Shown: in pieces, positions 23,801-36,928 of the stretch | How positions within the stretch are numbered: position 1 is the first letter of the stretch | Layout of the letters: each line of letters opens with the position of its first letter | Origin: Octopus sinensis | Taxonomy: Eukaryota | DNA length: 64,000 nt | Reading direction: 5' to 3' | Assembly: GCF_006345805.1 (NCBI RefSeq) | Contig: NC_043018.1 | Coordinates: 22,320,001 to 22,384,000, forward strand | The notes under the pieces: generated by a model | The model's input: the letters and a program-made list of their open reading frames with translations, nothing else | Databases searched by the model: none | What the model was told of the DNA's origin: nothing | Program-made: the position numbers and the translations under genes

Positions 23801-24289
23801 TAGAGTTTGAAACTGAATATATAAAGTAAAAAAGGCGCGGACACCACCTCTTCAGGAGAACAGTCGTGAATTTCACGACTGTCTGGAACGGTAATAAGCT
23901 CTTGATTAAACTAGCGCAAGGTTTTCAGATGATGAAGTTGATGTACTGACTGAGGGAAAAAGGAATAAAACCAGAATGCAAAAGGAACTAAATTGATGCG
24001 CTATTGGTGAACACCTTCGCGATGGTCTATAGCATGAAACCCGCCTGCTTAAGTGACGCAGGATACTTATTGCTTCATCCAATGTAAATAACAGTGTCAC
24101 TTTCAGATGTATTATGTCATTGGTCGAAGAGTAGAAGGCGGTGATGTTAGGGTGGTTCTCTGACTCAGAATAAAGTGGCTTCAAATTTGGTAGATTTCTT
24201 CATTTCCTTTACTCTTTAGCGCCTCTGTTCTTCCTGGGATAACGTTGTTGTTCTGGCAAATTGTTTTCCGTTTCAAAAAATGGTCATGT

Positions 24290-25160
24290 GCAATAATTCT
24301 AGTAAAAAGTTAACACCTTATAGGAAGGCATGAGAATTAGATAAGAATTATCGACAGCATTTCCTTTTGATGTCTTTGAACACTAAAATAGTCCTTTCGA
24401 ATGTCAATTCTTGCAGGCAACTTATATTCACTGATTGTTGTTTTATTCAATTCCACGGATATTCTATCATGTAATTATTTGAATTTCCTTCAATCAATAT
24501 ACTTCAACACCAAAATGGCCAGGGGCTTTACAATTTGTAATTTTAATACAATTCCGACTTCCCATAACCCATACAAGGTGTCTTTTCCTGCATATTAACT
24601 TATATTTCATCTCTGTATTTCACTATTCAGCTTCGGTAATATATTTCCTTTGCCCCAAAACATCTCTCCAAAATTTAATTTCTTGTACCTTTGGGATGAC
24701 CTGTTCTTGATGTATTTTCCCCATTCAATTCCTTACCCATTTCTGATCCATATTGAATATGTTTTGTCTATTAGTTTATTCTTTATTCCTATCTTTTGAC
24801 CAAAATCCTGTTGCAACCCACCTTACAGAAGTTTCACCTCCCTTAGAATTTCAACTGACCTTTTCTTTATCTTTCCAATAAATTTACATCAGATCCCAAT
24901 ATTTTTGCATCTCCTTCAACATCTCCTTTGCCGCCATAGTTCTCGCTTCACAAACCTATACTTGATGTCTTTCAAAACGTAATTCATTCATCACACATGT
25001 ATTGTCTGCTTTTATCAAATTCCTGATTTCACATACATTCCTTGTTTCCACATGATAGATAATTCCATTTAAAGTTTCGATTATCTCTTCCAGTTTAACC
25101 CGATCAGCTTTCGAAAATACATTCCCTGCGACCCTTCCCAAAATCTTTCTTTTCCATGAT
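24290..25160 (-). pseudogene. R4/Dong-like non-LTR retrotransposon remnant (pre-RT and RT domain 0-1)
   Basis: Minus frame NELRFERHQV, FWRDVLG, TNCKAPGHFGVEVY*LK (cf. PNWKAPGPDGVQGYWLK), KGNAVDNSYLILMPSYKVLT (cf. KGNAVDNYRPISCLP..KLLT). Confidence 0.65.
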
Positions 25161-25479
25161 TTAAACAGTTTTTCTCATCTTGTTCATTTTCTTCGCCTAA
25201 TCGTTTACAACCATTCAACGCGGTGTTACTTGCCTCTTCTTCCTCAGACATTGGCTTTAGCGGTTTTAAGTTGCAGGTCTTTGTTCTGCTTTTTCACTTT
25301 GTCATGCCGAATTCTCTCCCCTATTCTTGGAGTTTAACGATGTCACGTGTGGTGGAAGGAGTTAAATGGCAAATTAATACATGCAAAGAATATAAAATAC
25401 TATACTTGCACTCTCTACCACTCCATTATACACTTACATCTGTGTGTGCTTATGCGTGTGTTTAGGTTTGTTTATAGAT

Positions 25480-25493
25480 ATGCATGTATATAT

Positions 25494-25525
<32 letters not shown>

Positions 25526-25708
25526 ATATATATATATGTGTGTGTGTATGTATTTGTATATGTGCGTGTGTGTATGTATGTATATCTGCATATGTGTATT
25601 GTTGTGTGTGCGTATGTTTATAGATGTTCTACCTACAAACATTCATGTGCCTGTATATATGTGTATACATACATGATATATATTAATATATGTAGACGTG
25701 TATATATA

Positions 25709-25741
<33 letters not shown>

Positions 25742-25880
25742 CGCACGTATATCTTAATACATATGTGCGTGCATATATACATATATATATATATATATAT
25801 ATGCACGCACAAGCGTACACAAGTGCGCATGTATGTATATGCGAGTGTGAGTGTATATATGTATGCGTGCGCGCGTGTAT
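25480..25880. repeat. Compound (TA)n/(TG)n low-complexity tract
   Basis: Seen directly. Confidence 0.9.
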
Positions 25881-26454
25881 GGAAACAGTTTAATCTTCAA
25901 TTTCGTTTCATTCCTATCAATCATATATAAACAGCTGCTAATAACAAACAACTGTTCGCGATTTTTATCAATAAAAAAACACACACAAAAAACAAAAGGT
26001 TAATATAAAAAAAAATCGAGGAAATATTTCGTTTTTCACCCATTATTTTGAAATACGATAAAAAAAACAACACCCACACACAACACTAGATAAAAATATT
26101 TTCTGCAAACAGAATTGATATTCATAATTCTTATGTCTGTTTTATTGGTTTAGAATATAGGGATTGATTTAGTTGGTAACATCATGGGAAAAATAGAAAG
26201 GTAGAGAAACGGTGTTATAAAAAAGAAAATGTAGTTAGGATATTTGTACTTTCAGATGGTTTTGTTTAGAGATGGAGCATTGTTTTCCTTGGTGGAAACT
26301 TTGAAGAAGCAGATCAAACATAACTCGGCTCACGCAAATACATTGCGTGCACACAGACATGCATACATACATGCATACACGTGCATACACACAGGCGTAT
26401 ACACAAACATGCACACGCACTCAAGTGCACGCATGCACAAAGAAACAAACACAT

Positions 26455-26822
26455 TATATATACACATATATACGTATATATACACATATATACGTATATA
26501 TACGTATATATATACGTATATATATACGTATATATATACGTATATACGTATATATATACGTATATACGTATATATATACATATATACGTATATATATACG
26601 TATATATATACGTATATACGTATATATATACGTATATACGTATATATATACATATATACGTATATATATACGTATATACGTATATATATACGTATATATA
26701 TACGTATATATATATACGTATATACGTATATATATACATATATACGTATATATATATACATATATACGTATATATACATATATACGTATATATACATATA
26801 TACGTATATATACATATATATA
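26455..26822. repeat. TACG(TA)n compound micro/minisatellite
   Basis: Repeated TATATACG/TATATATACG units. Confidence 0.92.
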
Positions 26823-27161
26823 TTCGTCTTTTTAACAAAATATAATAGAAATTATTCCGGAAACTTTAGTTCTAATTGATAAAAATGATTAATTTCTTCC
26901 GGAAACCATAATTCTCCCCACCCCTTTTCTTTTAGAGAGAGATTTGTCTTTATTTTTGTGGTTTTTTTTCATCTTAGTTTGAATTTCGTTGCTCACACAG
27001 CTATTGTCATCGCTACATGTTTATATGCGTGCCTCTTTATTTTGTTTTTATTTTACCCTATTTACCGTCAGGAAAATGATACAGTATAATTTTGTTATTC
27101 AGAACAGACACACGAAACCGGATAATTGTTTACACGATGCAGTTTTTACTGGAAACAGCAA

Positions 27162-27510
27162 AAAATAAAATAAAATAAAATAAAATAAAATGAAATAAAA
27201 TAAAATGAAATAAAATAAAATAAAATAAAATAAAATGAAATAAAATAAAATAAAATAAAATAAAATAAAATAAAATAAAATAAAATAAAATGAAATAAAA
27301 TAAAATAAAATAAAATAAAATGAAATAAAATAAAATGAATAAAATAAAATAAAATAAAATAAAATGAAAATAAAATAAAATAAAATAAAATGAAATAAAA
27401 TAAAATAAAATAAAATAAAATAAAATAAAATAAAATAAAATAAAATGAAATAAAATAAAATGAAATAAAATAAAATAAAATAAAATAAAATAAAATGAAA
27501 TAAAATAAAT
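27162..27510. repeat. (AAAAT)n pentanucleotide array with GAAAT variants
   Basis: Seen directly. Confidence 0.95.
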
Positions 27511-28191
27511 TTCATGAATTCGGCAAATTTTTTTTTGGGTTTTGTATTGTTTCTTGTTTCAACATTCTGTCAAAGAATATTATAAAATATATCCAGAGGC
27601 CCAACAGGGTTACAAAACTGATTTCTTTAATTGTACAGAACTAGAATCAATGATATAACTATCTAGGTTAGGGGATCAAATGTAAGAAATGTTGACAATG
27701 TATTCTACAATAAACGGAAAAAATACAAGAGGGGAAATCAGCCTTCATAAATTACTATTAAAGTTTTGGCTTTAAGAAATGACTGAGGAAAAAACAAGAA
27801 AATAAATCATGAAGTATCGACTGTATTTTTATCCTGTGTATTATGCTAGAACTAAATCTTGATATTCAAAGTTGAACCAGCTTGTAGACATGCGTATTGA
27901 TTTGTTATTTTTGTTAAAATTGATTTATTATTTTTATTTGTTGAAAAACATTTAGTATTCACAGTTTCTCTTACGCCATTTGTGATAAAATGGAAGCCTG
28001 AATTTCGTTTTTATTTTTGCATTTTCAATACCTTAAGATTTCTTTTGAAGCAATTTTAACAGAATGTTTACAGAGTTCATAAACAAGTTGGCATAACTCC
28101 TTCAGTTTCAAATTTGAAACCAACTTCTTTGAAATCTTCACTCTTTGATATTACACGAAATTCCTTAAAGATCTAATAATTGAGGTTGTTA

Positions 28192-28585
28192 CAGCGGCGG
28201 ACTGGCGCAGTCCCTTCTACTATAGGCACAAGGCCTGAAATTTGGTGGGAGGCGACTAGTCGGTTACATCGCCCCCCCTCCAATGTTTCACTGGTACATA
28301 ACTTATCGACCCCGAAAGGATGAAAGCCAGTCGACCTCAGTGGAATTTGAACTCAGAACGTAGCGACGAGTGGGCTGGCGCAATCGTTACGACGCCGGAA
28401 AAAAATGCTTCGCGGCATTTCTTCCCACTTTGCTTCAGAGTTCAAATTCCACAGAGGTCGACTTTGCCTTTCATCCTTTCGGTGTCGATAAAACAAGCAC
28501 CATTGACCACTGGGGCTAATAGAGTCCACTTAGCCCCGTCCATCGAAGTTGCTGGCCTTGTGCCAGAATTTGAAACCAATATTTT
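28192..28585. mobile_element. Minus-strand SINE A fragment (~28213-28369) nested in the head of a plus-strand SINE A
   Basis: CTGGCGCA(G/A)TC duplicated near 28203 and 28376; opposite-strand core motifs. Confidence 0.65.
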
Positions 28586-28619
28586 TAGTCGTCATCAAAG
28601 TGTTTTTATTCCTTTATCT

Positions 28620-29010
28620 TTATTCGTTCCCATCATTGGACTGCGGCTCTGCTGGGGACGCCACCTTCAAGGATTTAGTCCTTGAACAAACCGATTCCAG
28701 TACTTATTGCTTTTGAAGTCTGATAATTATCCCATCGGTTCTCTTTTGTCAAACCACTAAGTCACAGGTGCTTAAGCAAACCAGTGCCAGTTGGCAAGCG
28801 GTGGTGGTGTTGGCAGGCAGGTGGGTGTTTGGTCGAATGCAAACACACATGCGACGGGCTTCTACACAAGTTCCGTGTACCACATTCACCCAAAAAGCAT
28901 CGGCCAGTCTAGAGATACTGCAAAAGACACCTGCCCAAGATTCCGTGTAGTGGGATTGAACCCGTAATCACTTGGTTGCAAAGTAAACTTCTTAAGCATA
29001 CAGCCATGCG
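28620..29010 (-). mobile_element. SINE B, old
   Basis: Reverse 3' end CATTGGACTGCGGCTCTGCTGGGGACGCC, through to head CTTAAGCATACAGCCATG. Confidence 0.7.
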
Positions 29011-29063
29011 AAGAATTCAAATGTACCATTTTTTAATGCCGTTTGAGCACCATTGCGAGCGTT

Positions 29064-29234
29064 CTTTTACTCTTGTACTTTCTTCAGTCATTTGACAGCA
29101 GCCATGATGGACCACAGGACATTCTTTGTAAGCCTAGTACTTATTCTGTCGGACTCTTTTGCCGAACCGCTAAGTTACGGGGACAGAAACACACCAACAT
29201 CGGTTGTCAAGCAATGATGGGGGGACAAACACAT

Positions 29235-29266
<32 letters not shown>

Positions 29267-29422
29267 TATATATATACATACACACACACACGCGACGGGC
29301 TTATTTCAGTTTCCGTCTACCAAATGCACCCACAAGACACTTGCCTAAGGTGCCACGCAGTAAGACTGAACCCAGAACCATGTGGTTGGGAAGCAGGCTT
29401 CTTACCACACAGCTACGCCTGT
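29064..29422 (-). mobile_element. SINE B with internal (TA)n(CA)n and internal deletions
   Basis: CAGTCATTTGAC..., TTTGCCGAACCGCTAAGTTACGGGG, TTCAGTTTCCGTCTACC, CTTACCACACAGC. Confidence 0.8.
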
Positions 29423-30279
29423 CTAATAGGACTAAGGTAGCGAGCAGGCAGAATCGTTAGCATTGCCTGACAAAATGCTAAGTGGCATTTCATCCGTCTC
29501 CAAGTTCCGAGTTCAAATTCTGCCAAGGCAGACTTTACCTTCATCCTTTGGCGATCGACAACATGAGTACCAGCTGAACACTGGTGTCAATGTAATCGAC
29601 TTATACCCTTCTTCGATATATTTCCGTGCTTGTAAATATCGCACACAAACCTCTTCGTTTCTTATCAATCAAACTACTTGAAAATGTCATTTGTACAACT
29701 GCGCTCATTTCTAAAGAAATTTATTGAATTCACTTGAAAGTTAACTTGTTATTTCTGGTTGTTTGCTGATATAATTTCTAAACAGCAAAACATATTTAAC
29801 CATTTTCCAAAATTATACAACACAACGTTGATTATATTTTCCCCAATCACCTAGATTTTTGCATATTGTAACTGTAACTATCTAAAGCTAAGAGAATATT
29901 TTATTTTGTCGCATCATAAATTTGATAAACCACAAGACGAAATTTCGAGCAAGATCTTTTATCATCAGTTATGAACGAATGAATAATTTAATAATCGGCA
30001 TAGGTGTGGAGTTAAGAAGCTCGATTAGTAACCATGTGATTTCAGGTTCAGTCCCACTGCGCGGCACTTTGGGCGTCCTATGTCTTCAATGAATTTAGTT
30101 GACAGAAACTGCGAGGAAGCCCGTCGTGTATGTATTATACATGTGTATAATACTGGAATGTATTATTAAGAATACACTTGCGGGTGTGTTAAAACATTCC
30201 TGCAGGCTTTACCGAGGCTGGTCAACGAGGAGATTTCTCTATAGTGTGTGTGTGTGTGTGTGTGTGTGAGACGGGGGGG

Positions 30280-30500
30280 GGAGATCACCCGATTCAAAAA
30301 TTGGAATTATCACTTCGGATTGTCCCTGCTTTGGTGTCTCTTTCTAGAGATCAAAGCCACCTGGCCTAGACGAGACAGCCAGAATATACTGTCTTTATTT
30401 ATAAAAATCTGTAGCATCTCAGGTCGAATTTCATCCTTTCCATCTTTGAGCGCTTTAACTTTTTATGACTTTAAGCATTTGTGCACCTCGTGTCCACCAG
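30280..30500 (-). pseudogene. RTE-clade LINE RT N-terminal fragment
   Basis: Minus frame GKDEIRPEMLQ..FWLSRLGQVAL..VIIPIFESGD (cf. GVDEIRPEMLK..WLTRL..VVVPLFKKGD). Confidence 0.6.
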
Positions 30501-30764
30501 AAAGTTCCATTGTGACTGGACTTGGAAGTAACTCGAGAACGGTGGTTGGGTAATATCCGTAATCTCATTTGGTCACAGTTGGGAATCCAACCGAATATGC
30601 AATGACGGTTGCTTTTTATATTACCCTGTGGAAGAGGAGGTAGTTGAGGTCTCTTGGACCACGACTCAGTCCCCGGGAATTGTGGGCGGATAAGATGGAT
30701 GAATGGACGCTCCGACAGACTGGAACATGAACATGCTAATCGCTGTTGTGTATATAATGATTTA

Positions 30765-31157
30765 TCTTTATATATAAAAGAGAAGTTGTGTGTCTCCTAC
30801 GATTTAGATTCCTAACTACTCCCACATTTTGCGGTGCAGTTTAACCAAAAGCGAGTATCTTATAGTCGTGATTCATACCAAGCCCTTCTGGGTATTAGCG
30901 CGCGTCTACAATGAGTCTACGATTTAAAAAATAATTTACCATTATTTTTTCCATTTTAATGCATTTTTTCGCTATTATATAAGGGAAGTAACTCTCTAAA
31001 AATGTCTACGATGAGTCAACGATTAAAAAAAAAATTTACCATCATTTTTTTCCCATTTTTAATGCATTTTTTTGCTATTTTTTGGCTATAACTCTCTAAA
31101 AATGCTTATATAGTTATTTCCCTTACAAATCCGAGCAACGCCGGGCGATACTGCTAG
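30765..31157 (+). mobile_element. Non-autonomous Helitron, 393 bp
   Basis: A|TCTTTATATATAAAAG ... CCGAGCAACGCCGGGCGATACTGCTAG|T. Confidence 0.88.
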
Positions 31158-31199
31158 TTAAATATAAAGAGAAAAATATTTCAGTAAAAGAAAAACATA

Positions 31200-32200
31200 A
31201 AACGTTGTTTATACTTTGCCAACCTGGAGCCGACATGGACGACTGAAAGCTCTCTCAATATTGGAAAACAGTCACCCGTGTGTGATGACTTATACTGAGT
31301 ATAAAAAGGCTGACATCATGATTGATGTTCAGTGCTTTGTGAACACTGTAAAGGCCGTGAGATATGATATGGACAGCTGAAACGGAGACTACGAAGCCAG
31401 CAGAAAGGGACAAAGCAGGTGGTCTAACTGCGGCAGCACGCTGGAGTTCATCTTCACATCTTTGAGCCTTATGCTCAACTCAGACGTCTGTGTGAAGCTA
31501 CTGAGCTCTATGGTCAATCCCTTGTTGCTGAGTATCGTTGCTGGAAGGTCATATGTGAAGCAGTAGGATTCAGCTCCTTGTTCTATCTCCGTAAGTGTTA
31601 GAAGTGGTTGACGGAGAATTTCTATGACTTCACAATGGAATTTACCATGTTACGCCAGACTTCACGGTCCATCATGGCATTACGGAGGTCCTGTTGCTGG
31701 ATGCCTATATCCCTGGAGATTACATCAGGGTAGGAGAGTGTGCGCCCTCTGGCACACACACTCTCCTACCCTGATGTTATCTCCAGGGATATAGGCATCC
31801 AGCAACAGGACCTCCGTAATGCCATGATGGACCGTGAAGTCTGGCGTAACATGGTAAATTCCATTGTCTCGACCACGGTCGAACAATGATGATGACTTCA
31901 CCAGATCCAATTCCTGGCCTACTAATCCCGCTGATTATAATCCCATGGATTACTATGTGCGGCACGCAGTTAAGACAGACACCAACCACTCTGCCTGCAA
32001 AACCAAGACCGAGCTGGTCACCAAGATCAAGCTGTTGTTCGAAGATCTTCCCAGGGTCACTGTGAGGAACCCATACACAAGATCCCGGGGGCGGCTTGAG
32101 GCTGTGGTGGAAACTGACGGCGGATACTCTGTGTAAACTGTTATTTCCCAATCATAATCCGGTTGATTTCTTTTTTGAATTAAAAAAAATATATTTTTGG
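31200..32200 (+). pseudogene. maT/DD37D-like transposase relic, internally deleted and split by a fold-back RTE insert
   Basis: N-terminal region homologous to 3240-3480; ENFYDFTRSNSWPTNPADYNPMDYYV..RGRLEAVVETDGGY (cf. WPPNSPDLNPLDY..RIEAVIEAEGGY). Confidence 0.7.
31634..31891 (+). mobile_element. 5'-truncated RTE LINE 3' end preceded by a mirror copy of itself (fold-back insertion)
   Basis: Plus arm encodes LSYPDVISRDIGIQQQDLRNAMMDREVWRNMVNSIVSTTVEQ* with a (TGA)n tail; 111-bp inverted arms 31632-31742 and 31757-31867; 10-bp TSD ATGACTTCAC at 31624-33 and 31892-901. Confidence 0.85.
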
Positions 32201-32894
32201 AAGCGATATTGTTTTCTTTTCCTATTATGCAAATTGTCAGATTTAATCAAAGCACCCTTTTTAAACCTTAACATATGTTTAATTAATGTTGAGGTTATTA
32301 AACCAGCCACGAAAAAAAACAAAAACAATCCCTCTCCCTCCACAAAATCATGCGAGTTAATACACTGAAATTGAATTGTTTTTTTTTCTATCTTTCCATG
32401 GTATAACAACGAGAAACAGTTATTTGTCGACTTTTGTCTCGACGTAAGTTTATTAATCACTTATTGACGACGCTTGTATTGAAAGCTGTGTGGTGGGGGT
32501 TAAACTAATCATAGATTAATACCCAGCAGGAGAATCGTGCGAACAGAACACAAGTATCTTTTAATATGATTTTTACATCTGATAGATCTACTGTGACAAT
32601 ATACAAATGTAGACATTTATCCTGACGAGAATGTGCGCGCACACACACACAGAAAAAAATTAATAATTTTGAATGTTATCTCGTCATTTCTTTTTTATCT
32701 CTTTCTACTATACGAGAACACACGCGTGTACGCAGGCGCAGTTCAGATGATCAAATAACTGAACATAATTGGAAATTCTGACCGAGACTACACACACACT
32801 CACGTTGGTAGGGGTGTGTGTATGTATATATACAACACCTCTCTCTCATATATATATATATATATATACATACATACACACACACTCATATGTG

Positions 32895-32937
<43 letters not shown>

Positions 32938-33086
32938 TAAGCCAATGGTGATTTTATTGAATAAATTTACTCTTTTGCCTTTCAAGATATATTTACCAAA
33001 ATTACATAAAACTATCTTCAGATGATACGTCAGTGTTATTTACATCTTCAGGGAATTTAGGCGACAGTGCATTCATCGCACCCTTG

Positions 33087-33151
<65 letters not shown>

Positions 33152-33664
33152 TAATAAATAAAACATATGCATATATGTATACATATATGTACGTACCTAC
33201 CTCTACATGTATATATACACGCATATATGAGTACAGGACACCAAAAAAACGTCGAACACAATGAGAAACGAAAACAGACACAAACCCAAAGAACTGGACA
33301 TTTTTCTTAAACAACAAAAAATTAGAGTACAGGACAAATAACACAAGGAAAAAAACCTTTCTTCAGTCGCCATGGTTTCATCTACTCTACGTTTCGAAGG
33401 TGAAGGCGAGACGTATCTTCGATAGAAACTTTCCTTCCTGCGATATAAATATATATATATATATATAGGGTTTATACAGTGTTATTGAATCAAGAGTTTT
33501 ATTTAAAGTGACCTAAAAGTAGGGAATGTATTAGAAAGGTCAAATCGAAAACAGGAAGAGATGAATAAAGAAAAAGAAAAGACAAAGAAAAGAGAAAAGA
33601 AAATAAGGAAAATAAAAAATAAAAATAAGTATATACACACACGTACATATACATACATACACAC

Positions 33665-33712
<48 letters not shown>

Positions 33713-33842
33713 GTACGCACGTGTATATACATATATACGCACGTGTATATATACATACACACATATATACTAACACACACACACACACACACACATACTT
33801 ATACGCGTGCGTGTGTTCGAGCTAAATTCGACGATTTTCTGT

Positions 33843-34935
33843 TTCGTCAGGAAGAGCATTGGTGAACAGTCAACAGCATTGGAGAGCATAAATATTAAAA
33901 CTGTAGTTGGGGAAAAATTTAGCTGACAAGGACGGCTGGAATCCCTCTGAAGATTGGAAAACTATCATCTGTATTCGTATTGAATACCAAAATGCCAACC
34001 TTATGTCTGCTGCTCAATACTCTGAACATTATAAAAACGGTAAGAAATGTAATGGGCAGCTGAAACGGAGGGTACGAACAAGAAGGGACAGAATAGGGGT
34101 TCTGATCCCAACATCTTTGAACAGCGCCTTAGGCTCAACTCAGGAAGCTATGAGAAGCTACTGGAGAATACGGGCAATCCCTGGCTGGAGAGGGTTGCTA
34201 CTCGAAGGCCCTGTGTGTGGCCCGGGATTCGGTTCCTTACCATATTTTCGGTAAGATTTATAATTGTTGTTGGAGAATCTCTACAACTTCACCAACGCCA
34301 ATTTCTAGCCTCCTTTCCCGAATTGTAACCCCCGTAGATTACTGTGTGTATGGCACAGTTGAGAAAGGCACAAACCGCTCTGCCTGAAACACTGAGGCTA
34401 ACTGGTGGCCAATATCGAGAAGGTGCTCGAAGATCTTATCAGGGACAAGTGAGAAATGCCTGTGTCAGGTTCCAGATCTGTCTTACTCTCTTTTTTACTC
34501 TTTTACTTGTTTCAGTCATTTGACTGCGGCCATGCTGGAGCACCGCCTTTAGTCGAGCAAATCGACCCCGGGACTTATTCTTTGTAAGCCCAGTACTTAT
34601 TCTATCGGTCTCTTTTGCCGAACCGCTAAGTGACGGGGACGTAAACACACCAGCATCGGTTGTCAAGCAATGCTAGGGGGACAAACACACACACACACAA
34701 ACATATATACATATATATACATATATACGACAGGCTTCTTTCAGTTTCCGTCTACCAAATCCACTCACAAGGCATTGGTCGGCCCGGGGCTATAGCAGAA
34801 GACACTTGCCCAAGATGCCACTCAGTGGGGACTGAACCCGGAACCATGTGGTTGGTTAGGAAGCTACTTACCACACAGCCACTCCTACGTCTTGAGGCAT
34901 TGGTTGAAGTTAAGGGCTGCTACTTTGAGTCAACT
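33843..34935 (+). pseudogene. maT/DD37D-like transposase relic, internally deleted and split by SINE B
   Basis: 5' region homologous to 3105-3230; EKLLEN..PWLERVA..RPCVW..DS, ENLYNFTNANF*PP..NP.DYCVYG; resumes as LEALVEVKGCYFE after 34889. Confidence 0.65.
34485..34889 (-). mobile_element. SINE B, young full-length copy
   Basis: Reverse complement of the 5388 and 17368 copies; GTCTT on both flanks. Confidence 0.9.
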
Positions 34936-35350
34936 GTGATATCCCAGCCACAATGTAATCGAAATTTAAAAATATTTTTAAGAAACATCTTTAGGGAGTG
35001 AGCTTATGTGTACACAAACATTTGATCCCTAAAAACAAATCATATGTGTGGTTGTTCGATAAGAAATTGTCGAACCCTTATACGTTGTCTAACGACGGGG
35101 GAGTCCATCACATAGAAACATACATACGCAGACTTCCACAATTCCTGTGAACCAAATTCACTCACAAGGAATTGGTGGATCCGAGGCTATAATAGCAATC
35201 ACCTCCCCAAGGTGTTACATGTGCAGTGGAACTAAACCCGAACCCTCGTGGTTACACACCAAGCTTTTTATCCACACAGCCATGTATGTGTGTGTGTATT
35301 TGGATATAGAAGTCACTAAAGTGACTATTTACAAACACACGTATACAAAC

Positions 35351-35762
35351 AGGCGTAGGAGTGGCTGTGTGGTAAGTGTGGATTGCAAACCACATGGTTC
35401 CGGGTTCAGTCCCGCTGCGTGGCACCTTGGGCAAGTGTCTTCTACTATAGCTTCGGGCCGACCAAAGCTTTATGAGTGGATTTTGTAGACGGAAACTGAA
35501 AGAATCCCGTCATATATATGTGTATATATATGTATGTGTGTGTGTGTATATGTTTGTGTGTCTGTGTTTGTTGCCTCCCCAACATCGCTTGACAACCGAT
35601 GCTGATGTGTTTACGTCCCCGTAACTTAGCGGTTCAGTAAAAGAGACCGATAGAATAAGTACTAGGCTTACAAAGAATAAGACCTTGGGTCGATTTGCTC
35701 GACTAAAGACGGTGCTCCAGCATGGCCACAGTCACATGACTGAAACAAGAGAATAAAAGAGT
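35351..35762 (+). mobile_element. SINE B, full length
   Basis: AGGCGTAGGAGTGGCTGTGTGG through CACATGACTGAAACAAGAG. Confidence 0.9.
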
Positions 35763-36331
35763 AATCGGAATCTCCATTTTGTGTTGTTTTAGCGAGAGAC
35801 AGGCTCCCAGTACGATGTGGCACCCTAGGGGTACCAATTTCATAGTAACAGAGAAAACTTACAAATCGTTGTCTTAAGCGAAAAGAATGTATTTCATTAT
35901 AACTTATTGCTGATTCTCGAAGTGGGTGGTCATAGCTGGGTACCTTCTTTTGCCGGGGGATGAGCGAACCTGCTAAGATATTTTAATGGGTCTACTTGCT
36001 AGAATTAGTATTTTAAAAACAATTGAGAATGGCATTTCAATAATAGGGGATTGTACGGTCCCCTGAATAGAGGTATTTCGCAATTATGCTGGGAAGATGG
36101 TAAATAGATCGTGTTGGAATTGAATAGTATAGCTACTCAGTGGTTTTATGTAACATCTTGAATTTCTACAAGGCTCGAGTGAAACCCGAAACCTCTAAAA
36201 CGTAGCTCAATAATTTATGGGGACACTAAGTCGGCGAGTTGACAGCCGGGCAAAATGTGCAGTAATATTTCGTTCGTCATCACCGGGGCGAATTCCCCTT
36301 TAATCCTATCAGAGTCAACGAAATAAGTACC

Positions 36332-36565
36332 TATTTCTTTACTACCCACAAGGGGCTAAACACAGAGGGGACAAACAAGGACAGACAAACGGATTAAGTC
36401 GATTACATCCACCCCAGTGCGTAACTGGTACTTAATTTATCGACCCCGAAAGGATGAAAGGCAAAGTCGACCTCGGCGGAATTTGAACTCAGAACGTAAC
36501 GGCAGACGAAATACCGCTAAGCATTTCGCCCAGCGCGCTAACGTTTCTGCCAGCTCGCCGCTTTT
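36332..36565 (-). mobile_element. SINE A, young-tail monomer nested in the core of an old SINE A
   Basis: 15-bp TSD AACGAAATAAGTACC at 36317-36331 and 36566-36580. Confidence 0.93.
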
Positions 36566-36928
36566 AACGAAATAAGTACCAGTTGATCATTGGGGGCGCG
36601 GGGGGGGACGACGACGATGCAATCAAGTTATCCCTACTCCACCGAAATTGCTGGCCTTGCATCAAATTTTGGAATCAACTTATGGGAACACTGCTTGACG
36701 TCTTCGACTTGGAGGAGATACAATTAATTGCTTCTCAATCTTCATTCGTGCAGCGCAACACAATGAACAGGAAAATATTGTCAAGTCGATTTCTGGACAC
36801 AAGGAGCGCATCTGCCAGATGCTGTGTCACTCGAAGTATCACAGTGTAATAGCTTTCCTGCTAAGATTTATATACATAGGGCAGTGTTTCTCAACCGTTT
36901 TCATCCAATTTACTCTTTCACTATATAC

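Noticed and set aside
26244-26879. Long ORFs rich in Y/I/T/H/V/C (also at 25484, 27099, 42677, 50839, 52808, 61437 and others)
   Set aside because: They are translations of (TA)n, (CA)n, (AAAAT)n and minisatellites, which lack stops in some frames; no protein signal.
35900-36180. Possible CR1-like LINE 3' remnant on the minus strand
   Set aside because: Resemblance too weak to support by eye.
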